From: Candidatus Gastranaerophilales bacterium
GTDB taxonomy: Bacteria > Cyanobacteriota > Vampirovibrionia > Gastranaerophilales > UBA9971
Direction of reading: 5' to 3'
NCBI GenBank assembly: GCA_028277195.1
Contig: JANQGS010000082.1
Location: 1 to 35,341, forward strand
Length of the DNA: 35,341 bases
A program made the position numbers and the translations under genes. Each line of letters begins with the position of its first letter. Position 1 is the first letter of the stretch. The notes below the pieces were generated by a model that was given only the letters and a program-made list of their open reading frames with translations, was not told where the DNA came from and did not search any database. This document shows, one piece after another, positions 1 through 7,092 of this stretch.

Positions 1-56
1 GGGCCGATTTTGAAGAATTTTAATTTTTGGGGTGCTAGGTTGTTACCAGCCACAAC

Positions 57-1220
57 ATGCCCGGGTATGCTAAAATAAATCCCATGAAACTGGTACATCT
101 CGCAGACTTGCATATTGGCTATCGGGCCTACAATAAAGTTACCCCTAAAGGCTTAAACGTAAGGGAAAGAGACGTTATAACAGCCTTTAAGGAAACACTG
201 GACAGGGTTTCTGTTATAAATCCTGATGCAGTAATAATAGCCGGCGATATTTTCCACAGGCCAAGACCCGGCAATACCAGTATTTACCTCTCTATTAAAC
301 TGTTGCAGGAATTCAGGAAAACATGCCCTGCGCCCGTAATAATGGTTTCCGGTAACCATGAAGCCTCTAAATCCCTTGAAAATGAGTGCATTTTAAGGGT
401 TATAGAAGCCACGGTTCCCGGCATTAAGGTGATTGATAAGCAAATTGAGCAATTTACGCTTGATAATTACGGCACAAGCATACTCGGTATACCCTACAAT
501 GCTCTAAGCGACTTTGAAAAGACCAATATAATCCCTGATAACAACTATAAATATAATATTTTAGCTATTCACGGCTCTTATGAAAGCATTAAATGCCCGG
601 AGCTGGACACTTACGGCCAGGCAAGCCTGGTAAACCCGGATAATATTAACCGGTCAAAATGGGATTATGTGGCCCTGGGGCACTATCATACATACACAAA
701 ACTGGCGGAAAACACTTATTACTCGGGAGCAATAGAACGCACAAGCTCAAATATCTGGAAAGAGGCGCATGAGCCAAAAGGGTTTATTGAATATAACCTT
801 GAAACAGGGGAGCAGCGTTTCCATAAGCTCGATTCCCCCAGGAAAACGGTTGATATTAAGGGAATAAATGTTAATAACCTTACCGCAGAAGAAATAAACC
901 GCCTCATAGAAGCTGAAATGTCCAGGATTAATGATATTGAGGAAACTATTATAAGGCTGACGCTTGAAGATATTGATTCTTTGACAATAAGAAACCTTGA
1001 TTACAGAAAACTCGGATTCTACAGGAAAAAGGCGCTTCATTTCCGTTTAAATCTTATAAAGAAAGGGGCTTGCGAAAGTCCGGATAACCCGGGGAGTATA
1101 ATAAAAGAAGGCAAAAACCTGCTTGAGCAGGTGCAAGAGGAGCTGGACCGCTTTGAGACAGCTCCGGGCCTTGACAAGGAGAAGTTCAGGGAGCTGGCAA
1201 AGAGTTATTTGTATGAATAA
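57..1220 (+). CDS. Mre11/SbcD-family metallophosphoesterase nuclease (DNA-end processing exonuclease-like)
   Basis: 387-aa ORF. It has calcineurin-like phosphoesterase motifs in the canonical Mre11/SbcD order: HLADLHIG (D-x-H), AGDIFH (GD-x-x-H), SGNHE (GNH-D/E), AIHG, LGHYH. The family-typical N-terminus MKLVHLADLH begins at the internal ATG at 84, so the true start may be 84 rather than 57. Neither start has a clear SD. The C-terminal ~130 aa is charged and helical. Confidence 0.8.
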   Translation: MPGYAKINPMKLVHLADLHIGYRAYNKVTPKGLNVRERDVITAFKETLDRVSVINPDAVIIAGDIFHRPRPGNTSIYLSIKLLQEFRKTCPAPVIMVSGNHEASKSLENECILRVIEATVPGIKVIDKQIEQFTLDNYGTSILGIPYNALSDFEKTNIIPDNNYKYNILAIHGSYESIKCPELDTYGQASLVNPDNINRSKWDYVALGHYHTYTKLAENTYYSGAIERTSSNIWKEAHEPKGFIEYNLETGEQRFHKLDSPRKTVDIKGINVNNLTAEEINRLIEAEMSRINDIEETIIRLTLEDIDSLTIRNLDYRKLGFYRKKALHFRLNLIKKGACESPDNPGSIIKEGKNLLEQVQEELDRFETAPGLDKEKFRELAKSYLYE

Positions 1221-2181
1221 ACTGCGAAATTTTATCAGGGAAAAAAAACAGAACAGCGAGGATATTAAAATTCCTCGAATAGCACGGGAAAATGACGATT
1301 TTCCCGCGCCGGCCAATGATATTGAAAGGCGAAACGCTGAAATACTCGAAAATAACGGCGTTTTCCAGACAAAACCCGTTGAAATAACCGCCGGGAAATC
1401 AAATTTTGCGTATTTTTTAGACGGCATAGAGCGCAAGAAAATACTGTTTTACTACAGGTCCATTCCCTGTATTTACGGGCATGTAGCAGCAGCGGTGCTT
1501 GGCAGGGCCGATAAAAAACCGCACCCTGCCGGCCTTGAAAAAACCCATGAAGCACTATATTTGCCGCAAAAACATTTCCCCGGCGATTTGGGAATGAAAA
1601 TAATCGATACGGGCGCAGGCGAGCCGATGTTGCCCGAGCAGTACGTCTATGAGGCCCATAAGGAAATCCAGAAAATAAGGGGTGAGCTGGAAAAATCGCT
1701 TGTACGGCAATGGGCCGGCAGGGATTATAACAAAGGCTGGCTTTTTGTGGACGGAAGGGTGGAAAAACTCAGCAAGGAGCTGACCTCCGGCTCAAACATA
1801 GTCGGCGTAATAAAGTCACACCATGCCTGCTACTTTGATTATGAGAACCAGTACAGGATTTATTCAATGAAAAAAGGCGAGCGCTCCTGCGTTTTCCGGC
1901 CAGAAGACGGCAAGGGCAGGCCCGAAAGCGTTTTTAGCTGGTACTTAAGGCTGCATTATGATAAAAATTACGGCACAAACGCTTTCGGGCTAATAAGGGT
2001 TGAAGTGCCTGCTGATGAGGAGTTACTGGCAAAAGCAGACATCATAAGCAACTGGATATTGCTGGAAACAAAGCCCGTGGCATTCCCCGCGTCACGCTGG
2101 GACAGAATGATTTACCCGGTAAAGTACTGCGAGGACTACCTTAAAAGCAAAGCCCCGAACTATGCGAGGCTGACTATATGA
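1213..2181 (+). CDS. Hypothetical protein, tentatively a NurA-like (RNase H-fold) nuclease
   Basis: The in-frame ATG at 1213 overlaps the upstream stop (ATGAATAA, stop 1218-1220). The longer 1123 start in the ORF track would overlap the upstream gene by 98 nt. 322 aa. By eye it matches the NurA pattern: acidic motifs AYFLDGIE and WLFVDGRVE, an intervening EIQKIRGELE, GVIKSHH, then LIRVEVP and a C-terminal IYPVKYCEDYL that resembles the conserved NurA YP...L..(A)D/H tail. No search was run to verify this. Confidence 0.45.
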   Translation: MNKLRNFIREKKQNSEDIKIPRIARENDDFPAPANDIERRNAEILENNGVFQTKPVEITAGKSNFAYFLDGIERKKILFYYRSIPCIYGHVAAAVLGRADKKPHPAGLEKTHEALYLPQKHFPGDLGMKIIDTGAGEPMLPEQYVYEAHKEIQKIRGELEKSLVRQWAGRDYNKGWLFVDGRVEKLSKELTSGSNIVGVIKSHHACYFDYENQYRIYSMKKGERSCVFRPEDGKGRPESVFSWYLRLHYDKNYGTNAFGLIRVEVPADEELLAKADIISNWILLETKPVAFPASRWDRMIYPVKYCEDYLKSKAPNYARLTI

Positions 2182-3293
2182 AGAAAATTGCCTTTATAAT
2201 AAGGATGTACCAGGAAAAAAACTTCCATGGCGGCGGGGAGAAGCTGTTTTATAACCTTATTAAGAGGTTTATGGATGACGGGCATAATGTGCAGGTTTAT
2301 TGCGGCGAGTCCGGCATAAAAGCAGGTAATGTAAGGGTAATTGAAGAAAAATATGACCATAATGACCCTGTATCAATGGAAAAATTCTATGAAGAAGCAA
2401 AAAAACAAACCGGTAAAGAACATTATGACTTTATAATCTCTGAAAATATTACCCCTCCGGTTGATATAACTTTTTTGCAGGGGCATTCGCTTGTTAACAG
2501 GCTTAATAAGACAAAAAATTTGTTTGAAAAATTTTTGTATAATTTCAGGAAAACAAAGAAGCAAAGGATTAAATACCAGGAAAAATGGATAAAACAGGGT
2601 TATCGAAGGATTTTTACTGTTTCAGAGCTACTAAAGCAAGATATAGTGGAGAATTTTAACATTGCGCCTGCAAAAATAGCTGTTATCTATCCGGGCGTGG
2701 ATGTATTCGGTCATTCCGGGCTTGACCCGGAATCTCCCGATATGCTGAATCAAGTTCAGCATGACAATTATACTTTTGGCTTGCTCGCGCCGGGTTTTAA
2801 AATAAAAGGCGGGTTTGTGTTCCTCAGGGCCCTTTCAATACTTAAAAAACAAGGGTATGAATTCAAGGCAAGAATTGTTTATCCTAAATACAAAAAAAAC
2901 CCTGGGGTAAAATTTTTAGTTAACTTTTATAATCTAGGGGATAACATTGAATTTTTAGGCCACCAGGAAGATATAACCTCTTTTTACGGTTCTGTAGACT
3001 GCCTTGTGGTGCCCTCGCTGGAGGACACTTTCAACCTGGCCGCCCTTGAGGCCATGGCCTGCGGTAAGCCTGTGATTATAAGCAATAACGCCGGGGCGTG
3101 CGAGCTGGTAAGAGAGGGAGTTAACGGGTTTGTATTTGATGTGAAAAAAAACGGCCCTGAAAACCTTGCAAAAAGGTTGTTACAGTTTTTGGAGCAAAAG
3201 CCTGATATGACGGCAGGGTGTCGCAAAACCGCTGAGGAGTATAGCTGGGACAGGGTTTATGCCAGGGTTTTAGAGGGCATTGCGGGGATGTAA
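2178..3293 (+). CDS. Glycosyltransferase family 4 (GT-B, group 1)
   Basis: 371 aa. The C-terminal signature EDTFNLAALEAMACGKPVIISNNAGACELVREGVNGFVF (E-x7-E region) is typical of group-1 glycosyltransferases. The ATG at 2178 overlaps the upstream TGA (ATGA). Confidence 0.85.
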   Translation: MKKIAFIIRMYQEKNFHGGGEKLFYNLIKRFMDDGHNVQVYCGESGIKAGNVRVIEEKYDHNDPVSMEKFYEEAKKQTGKEHYDFIISENITPPVDITFLQGHSLVNRLNKTKNLFEKFLYNFRKTKKQRIKYQEKWIKQGYRRIFTVSELLKQDIVENFNIAPAKIAVIYPGVDVFGHSGLDPESPDMLNQVQHDNYTFGLLAPGFKIKGGFVFLRALSILKKQGYEFKARIVYPKYKKNPGVKFLVNFYNLGDNIEFLGHQEDITSFYGSVDCLVVPSLEDTFNLAALEAMACGKPVIISNNAGACELVREGVNGFVFDVKKNGPENLAKRLLQFLEQKPDMTAGCRKTAEEYSWDRVYARVLEGIAGM

Positions 3294-3398
3294 ACTGAAG
3301 TTAAAGATTTGCACTGCAATAAACCTTAATTATCATGGTTTGCTTTCCCGTTTTCTTTTTCATAAACTGGGATAAGGTAATAATAAAGGAAAAAGGTT

Positions 3399-3896
3399 AT
3401 GGGTAAGATTTGGCTATACGGGGATAATGTTGATACAGACGTAATAATACCCGCCAGGTATTTAAATTCCGCTGACCCCGGGGAACTTGCAGCACACTGC
3501 ATGGAGGATATAGACACAGATTTTGCAAAAGGAGTTCAACAGGGCGATATAATTGTTGCGGGCGAGAACTTTGGCTGCGGCAGCTCAAGGGAGCACGCCC
3601 CTATCGCAATCAAGGCAAGCGGGATAAATTGCGTGATAGCAAGGAGTTTTGCGAGAATTTTCTTCAGGAACGCAATCAATATAGGCTTACCTATTATCGA
3701 ACATGGAGAAATACCCGCCGAGGCAGAAGCAGGCGATGAATTGCAGGTTGACCTGGAAAAAGGAAATGTTATAAATAAAACAAAAAATAAAACATATAAA
3801 ATCAACCCGTTTCCCCCCTCTATACAGGAGTTAATTGCGGCAGGCGGGCTGGTGAATTATACAAGGGAAAGGGTTAAAAATGACAAAAACATATAA
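3399..3896 (+). CDS. leuD: 3-isopropylmalate dehydratase small subunit (short, type-2 LeuD/HacB-like)
   Basis: 165 aa. Contains [15 protein letters not shown] and [14 protein letters not shown], the aconitase swivel-domain motifs. SD AAAGGAAAAAGG lies upstream. Confidence 0.9.
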   Translation: MGKIWLYGDNVDTDVIIPARYLNSADPGELAAHCMEDIDTDFAKGVQQGDIIVAGENFGCGSSREHAPIAIKASGINCVIARSFARIFFRNAINIGLPIIEHGEIPAEAEAGDELQVDLEKGNVINKTKNKTYKINPFPPSIQELIAAGGLVNYTRERVKNDKNI

Positions 3897-4965
3897 AATA
3901 GCAGTTCTCCCCGGTGACGGGATAGGCCCGGAAATCATAGACCAGGGAATTAAAGTGCTAAAAGCCGTGTCAGAAAAATTTGACGTTAATTTTGAGTTCA
4001 CCGGGGCATTAATCGGCGGAGCGGCGATTGACGCTGAAGGAGTCCCGTTGCCCGACGGCACGCTTGAGCTGGCCAAAAACTCTGACGCTGTATACCTCGG
4101 CGCAATCGGCGACTGGAAATATGACGAGCTTGACCCTGCAATAAGGCCTGAAAGAGGACTGTTAAAAATACGCAAGGAACTTAACTTATTCGCCAATTTA
4201 AGGCCCGCTGTCGTGTATGATGAACTGGTATCGTCTTCCACGCTTAAGGAAGAAGTTGTAAAAGGCGTGGACATAATGATTGTCAGGGAGCTCACCAGCG
4301 GGCTGTACTTTGGCGAGCCCAGAGGGATTGAAAAAAGAAACGGCGAAAAGGTCGGCTTTAACAATATGTTCTACACGGAATCCGAAATAGAGCGCATAAT
4401 AAGGCTCGGGTTCAATATTGCCATGAAAAGAAGTAAAAAGCTCTGCTCAGTGGATAAAGCAAACGTGCTCGATGTTTCCCGTCTCTGGAGGGAAGTGGCA
4501 CAAAGGGTTGCGCCTGATTATCCCGAAGTTGAGCTTAGTCATATGTATGTTGATAATGCGGCAATGCAGCTTGTCAGGAACCCGAAGCAATTTGACGTAA
4601 TGGTTATGGAAAACACTTTCGGCGATATTTTATCGGATGAGGCATCCATGCTGACCGGCTCTCTTGGCATGCTCGCCAGCGCAAGCATTACTGATAAAGG
4701 CCCGGCAATGTACGAACCCTCCCACGGAAGCGCGCCAAAATACAAAGGACTCGATAAAGTAAACCCCATAGCAACCATTATGTCAGCAGCAATGATGCTA
4801 AAGTACAGCTTTGATATGGACAGGGAAGCCGGTGCCATAGAAGAAGCCGTCAAGCAGGTCTTAAAGGCCGGCTACAGGACCTATGACATTATGAGCGAGG
4901 GCAAAACGCTTGTCGGCACGTCAAAAATGGGCGACCTGGCAAGCGAGTTCGTGCTTAAAAATTAA
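3880..4965 (+). CDS. leuB: 3-isopropylmalate dehydrogenase
   Basis: 361 aa. Contains [23 protein letters not shown] and the [25 protein letters not shown] signature. Overlaps the leuD end by 17 nt. Confidence 0.95.
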   Translation: MTKTYKIAVLPGDGIGPEIIDQGIKVLKAVSEKFDVNFEFTGALIGGAAIDAEGVPLPDGTLELAKNSDAVYLGAIGDWKYDELDPAIRPERGLLKIRKELNLFANLRPAVVYDELVSSSTLKEEVVKGVDIMIVRELTSGLYFGEPRGIEKRNGEKVGFNNMFYTESEIERIIRLGFNIAMKRSKKLCSVDKANVLDVSRLWREVAQRVAPDYPEVELSHMYVDNAAMQLVRNPKQFDVMVMENTFGDILSDEASMLTGSLGMLASASITDKGPAMYEPSHGSAPKYKGLDKVNPIATIMSAAMMLKYSFDMDREAGAIEEAVKQVLKAGYRTYDIMSEGKTLVGTSKMGDLASEFVLKN

Positions 4966-5359
4966 GGTAATCCCTAAAAGGTTTTTGCGGAATAAGCCTG
5001 TATGTACATCTTTTATAAAGCCTGCCCCAGGCTGCAGGGGTTTTTTCAGGGTAATTCCTGCATAATCCCGGCCTGTTTTCATAATCAGGACAAATTCCAT
5101 CCTCCCGTATAAGCCCGCAGGCGATAACCAGGTTATTATATTTATCCCTGCCCATAATCCTGAAGCGCCGGTATTCAGGCAGTAAAAACCTGATAAGTTT
5201 AAAGTCAAGCAAAGCAAAAAAACCTGTCCCCAAAATATACCTGCAGCAGTCTCCGCATTTACAGCAACTTCCTTTAACCTGATAGCTTACTCTTTTAAGG
5301 TAGAGCTCCGGGAAAAGCTGGTATAGAAAAATTTTTAGGGGATTAAACACTACGAACAT
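4955..5359 (-). CDS. YkgJ-family cysteine-cluster protein (CxxCxxCC, putative Fe-S/Zn binding)
   Basis: 134 aa. Contains [12 protein letters not shown] (C-x2-C-x2-CC), then later [18 protein letters not shown], the pattern of the YkgJ/UPF0153 family. The start overlaps the upstream radical SAM gene by 17 nt. The 3' end overlaps the leuB 3' end by 11 nt (convergent). Confidence 0.7.
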   Translation of the reverse strand: MFVVFNPLKIFLYQLFPELYLKRVSYQVKGSCCKCGDCCRYILGTGFFALLDFKLIRFLLPEYRRFRIMGRDKYNNLVIACGLIREDGICPDYENRPGLCRNYPEKTPAAWGRLYKRCTYRLIPQKPFRDYLNF

Positions 5360-6230
5360 TCCCCGGGTATATATACTTAAGCCCGGCCTTTTTACCTATT
5401 TCCTCTGCCTTATGAAGGGTTTCAAGCGGGGTTGGCTCAAGATAATCCAGCCTGTAATCGGGAAAAAATCTTGTAACGTGCCAGGGAGTATTTTTTCCGA
5501 GATTTTGGGCTACCCAGGCCGCAATGTTTTCCAGGTTCTCCTCACTGTCATTTTTTCCGGGAATAACATTAGTTACTGTTTCTATGTGCAGGCCCAGTTT
5601 TTTTGCGTGTTTTGTTGTTTTAAAAACATTCTTTCCGCCCGTGACACCGCATATTTCCCTGTAAAAGCCATTTTCAAAGCTTTTCAGGTCAACCCTGAAA
5701 GCATCAAGATAAGGGGCTATTAAATCCAATGCTTCGATAGTCATAAAGCCGTTTGTTACGTAAGCGGTATAGAGCCCCTTTTCCCTGGCGAGTTTTGCGG
5801 AATCTATAGTATATTCAAGCCATATAGCAGGCTCATTATATGTCCAGCAAACCCCCCGGCATTTATACCGGATCGCAAGCCCGGCTATTTTTTCGGGAGT
5901 AAGGTAATAGCCTTTATGTTCAAGCGTATTTTGTGATATATGCCAGTTCTGGCAATGCTTGCAGTTGAAATTGCATCCCCATCCCCCCACTGAAAAAACC
6001 ATGCTCCCGGGATAAAATTGATATAGGGGCTTTTTTTCTATAGGGTCAACAGCAACAGAAGAAGCCATTCCATATGTATTCAATGACATTTCGCCGTTAA
6101 TATTTTTCCTCGAAAGACAACGCGAAACTTTTCCCGGCCCGATTATGCACCTGTTGTAGCATATATTGCACCGGACGCTGTTATTATCCAGTTTTTCCCA
6201 GAGAAGCGATTTCACAGGTTTTTTATTCAA
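5343..6230 (-). CDS. amrS: AmmeMemoRadiSam-system-type radical SAM enzyme (PflA-like activase family)
   Basis: 295 aa. It has an N-terminal Cys cluster (CNICYNRC...SRC), DPIEKKPLYQFYPGS and a radical SAM CX3CX2C site (GCNFNCKHCQNW). These are the family hallmarks as I recall them for TIGR04337. The start is TTG at 6230, 6 nt after the upstream stop, with no SD. Confidence 0.8.
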   Translation of the reverse strand: MNKKPVKSLLWEKLDNNSVRCNICYNRCIIGPGKVSRCLSRKNINGEMSLNTYGMASSVAVDPIEKKPLYQFYPGSMVFSVGGWGCNFNCKHCQNWHISQNTLEHKGYYLTPEKIAGLAIRYKCRGVCWTYNEPAIWLEYTIDSAKLAREKGLYTAYVTNGFMTIEALDLIAPYLDAFRVDLKSFENGFYREICGVTGGKNVFKTTKHAKKLGLHIETVTNVIPGKNDSEENLENIAAWVAQNLGKNTPWHVTRFFPDYRLDYLEPTPLETLHKAEEIGKKAGLKYIYPGNVRSV

Positions 6231-6236
6231 AAATTT

Positions 6237-6512
6237 TTATGCATGCATATCAAGATGTTGTTTAATCATTTTATCGGTTGATTCAGCCCGGACAATAGAA
6301 ATCTCTCTTAGCAGGCTTGATTTAATCATATTAGCCCGCAGTTGATTTTCATCATTATGCAGTTTTTGCACTCCGGCAAAGCTAAGGTTAGGGTTTGCCG
6401 CATGGTTTAAACCCTGTCTAATCCGGTGAGAAGACATAATCCGGTTAAACCCCGCATTACTGATGCCGGCTGTTGTCATAAGGTTTGTTACTAATAGTGA
6501 TGATAGTGACAT
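6237..6512 (-). CDS. Hypothetical 91-aa protein, no recognised family
   Basis: A strong SD (GAGGTGA, 5-nt spacer) precedes the ATG at 6512. A near-consensus promoter lies about 40 nt upstream. The stop lies 6 nt before the TTG start of the radical SAM gene. The sequence is Ser/Asn/His-rich with no Cys. Confidence 0.6.
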   Translation of the reverse strand: MSLSSLLVTNLMTTAGISNAGFNRIMSSHRIRQGLNHAANPNLSFAGVQKLHNDENQLRANMIKSSLLREISIVRAESTDKMIKQHLDMHA

Positions 6513-6552
6513 AATTTCACCTCATGCCATACCCCATACCTTAAACATTGTA

Positions 6553-6581
6553 ATTATATATCAAATAGGTTGATTTGTAAA
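6553..6581 (-). promoter_or_regulatory. Sigma70-type promoter for the 91-aa ORF / radical SAM / YkgJ operon
   Basis: On the minus strand: TTTACA (6581-6576), a 17-nt spacer, then TATAAT (6558-6553). The ATG at 6512 lies about 40 nt downstream. Confidence 0.5.
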
Positions 6582-6668
6582 GGTCCTACTGCTCCTACGG
6601 CCAGTCTTATTCTATAGGCCATTAACAGGAAGTAACAAATTCAAGATAATTTGACCGGGTCTATTTTT

Positions 6669-6782
6669 TTATTGGTTACAGAGGAAAGTTTTCCCTGTCC
6701 TTCGTGCGCCATAGAGTATGATTATTTTCCCTTTGTAAAGCCGGTTTTCAATTATAGGCTGAATATTTCTTTTAAATTCCAT
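6669..6782 (-). pseudogene. N-terminal remnant of an AAA ATPase (AAA_14 / DUF234-type ATP-binding protein), truncated after Walker A
   Basis: The minus-strand 37-codon ORF MEFKRNIQPIIENRLYKGKIIILYGARRTGKTFLCNQ* looks like the start of these ATPases (short helix, then hydrophobic strand plus G-x-R-R-x-GKT). It hits a stop immediately after Walker A. I see no continuation in any frame. Confidence 0.3.
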
Positions 6783-6892
6783 AACTGTATTCCAAAAATT
6801 TTCATTAAAATTTCGATTACATTCTTAATTTTAACATATATTATTACTTAATTACAGCGATTTAAGAGCCTATCCAACAAATAATTATCATT

Positions 6893-6954
6893 GTCACCCT
6901 GAACTTGATTCAGGGTCTCAGGCGTTTGAGATTCTGAAACAAGTTCAGAATGAC
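6893..6954. repeat. Pair of 27-nt hairpin repeats in inverted orientation (REP-like element)
   Basis: Copy A is 6893-6919, GTCACCCTGAACTTGATTCAGGGTCTC. Copy B is 6928-6954; its reverse complement is GTCATTCTGAACTTGTTTCAGAATCTC. 22 of 27 positions are identical. Each copy folds into an 8-bp stem (ACCCTGAA/TTCAGGGT and ATTCTGAA/TTCAGAAT). The CC>TT change is compensated by GG>AA. Confidence 0.7.
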
Positions 6955-7026
6955 GGAAAAATCTTTTATCATCTGCTTAGGTATACTGCTCCCAAATTCA
7001 AACTCGTTTAGTATAAACCTGTTACA

Positions 7027-7055
7027 TTTACATAAACTCATTAATGTATTTTAAT
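7027..7055 (+). promoter_or_regulatory. Candidate sigma70 promoter for the acetyl-CoA synthetase / M16 operon
   Basis: TTTACA (7027-7032), a 17-nt spacer, then TTTAAT (7050-7055). The ATG at 7093 is preceded by the SD GAAGGA. Confidence 0.35.
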
Positions 7056-7092
7056 ATATAAATAGAGATTAATTTTTTAGAAGGACTATAAA

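Noticed and set aside
1-78. Reading frame open from the window edge to the TAA at 76-78 (GPILKNFNFWGARLLPATTCPGMLK*), possibly the end of an upstream gene.
   Set aside because: Only 25 codons are visible and I recognise no motif. I cannot tell a real gene end from non-coding sequence. It is mentioned only as a caveat for the Mre11-like start.
1123-1212. N-terminal extension of ORF 1123-2181 given in the ORF track.
   Set aside because: It would overlap the Mre11-like gene by 98 nt and encodes an Arg/Ser-rich out-of-frame shadow. The ATG at 1213 overlaps the upstream stop and is the natural start.
3335-3404. 23-codon upstream ORF ([23 protein letters not shown]) ahead of leuD, considered as a leucine attenuation leader peptide.
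   Set aside because: It contains no Leu codons at all, and no terminator/antiterminator pair follows.
3831-4364. 177-aa minus-strand ORF antisense to leuB. The same applies to other long antisense ORFs, including 7698-8039, 9582-10079, 18778-19323, 20544-20936, 25268-25630 and 33607-34050.
   Set aside because: They lie entirely inside confidently identified genes and have Ser/Leu/Pro-rich low-complexity translations typical of antisense shadow frames. None has an SD.
3399-4965. leuD-leuB without leuC, considered as an anomaly.
   Set aside because: Branched-chain amino acid genes are visibly scattered in this genome (ilvC lies 20 kb away), and short LeuD/HacB-type subunits often sit apart from their large subunit. 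This is not informative without the whole genome.
6651-6851. 66-aa plus-strand ORF in the long intergenic region.
   Set aside because: It has an alternative start, no SD and an AT-rich low-complexity tail. The opposite strand carries the ATPase-like fragment, which better explains the open frame.
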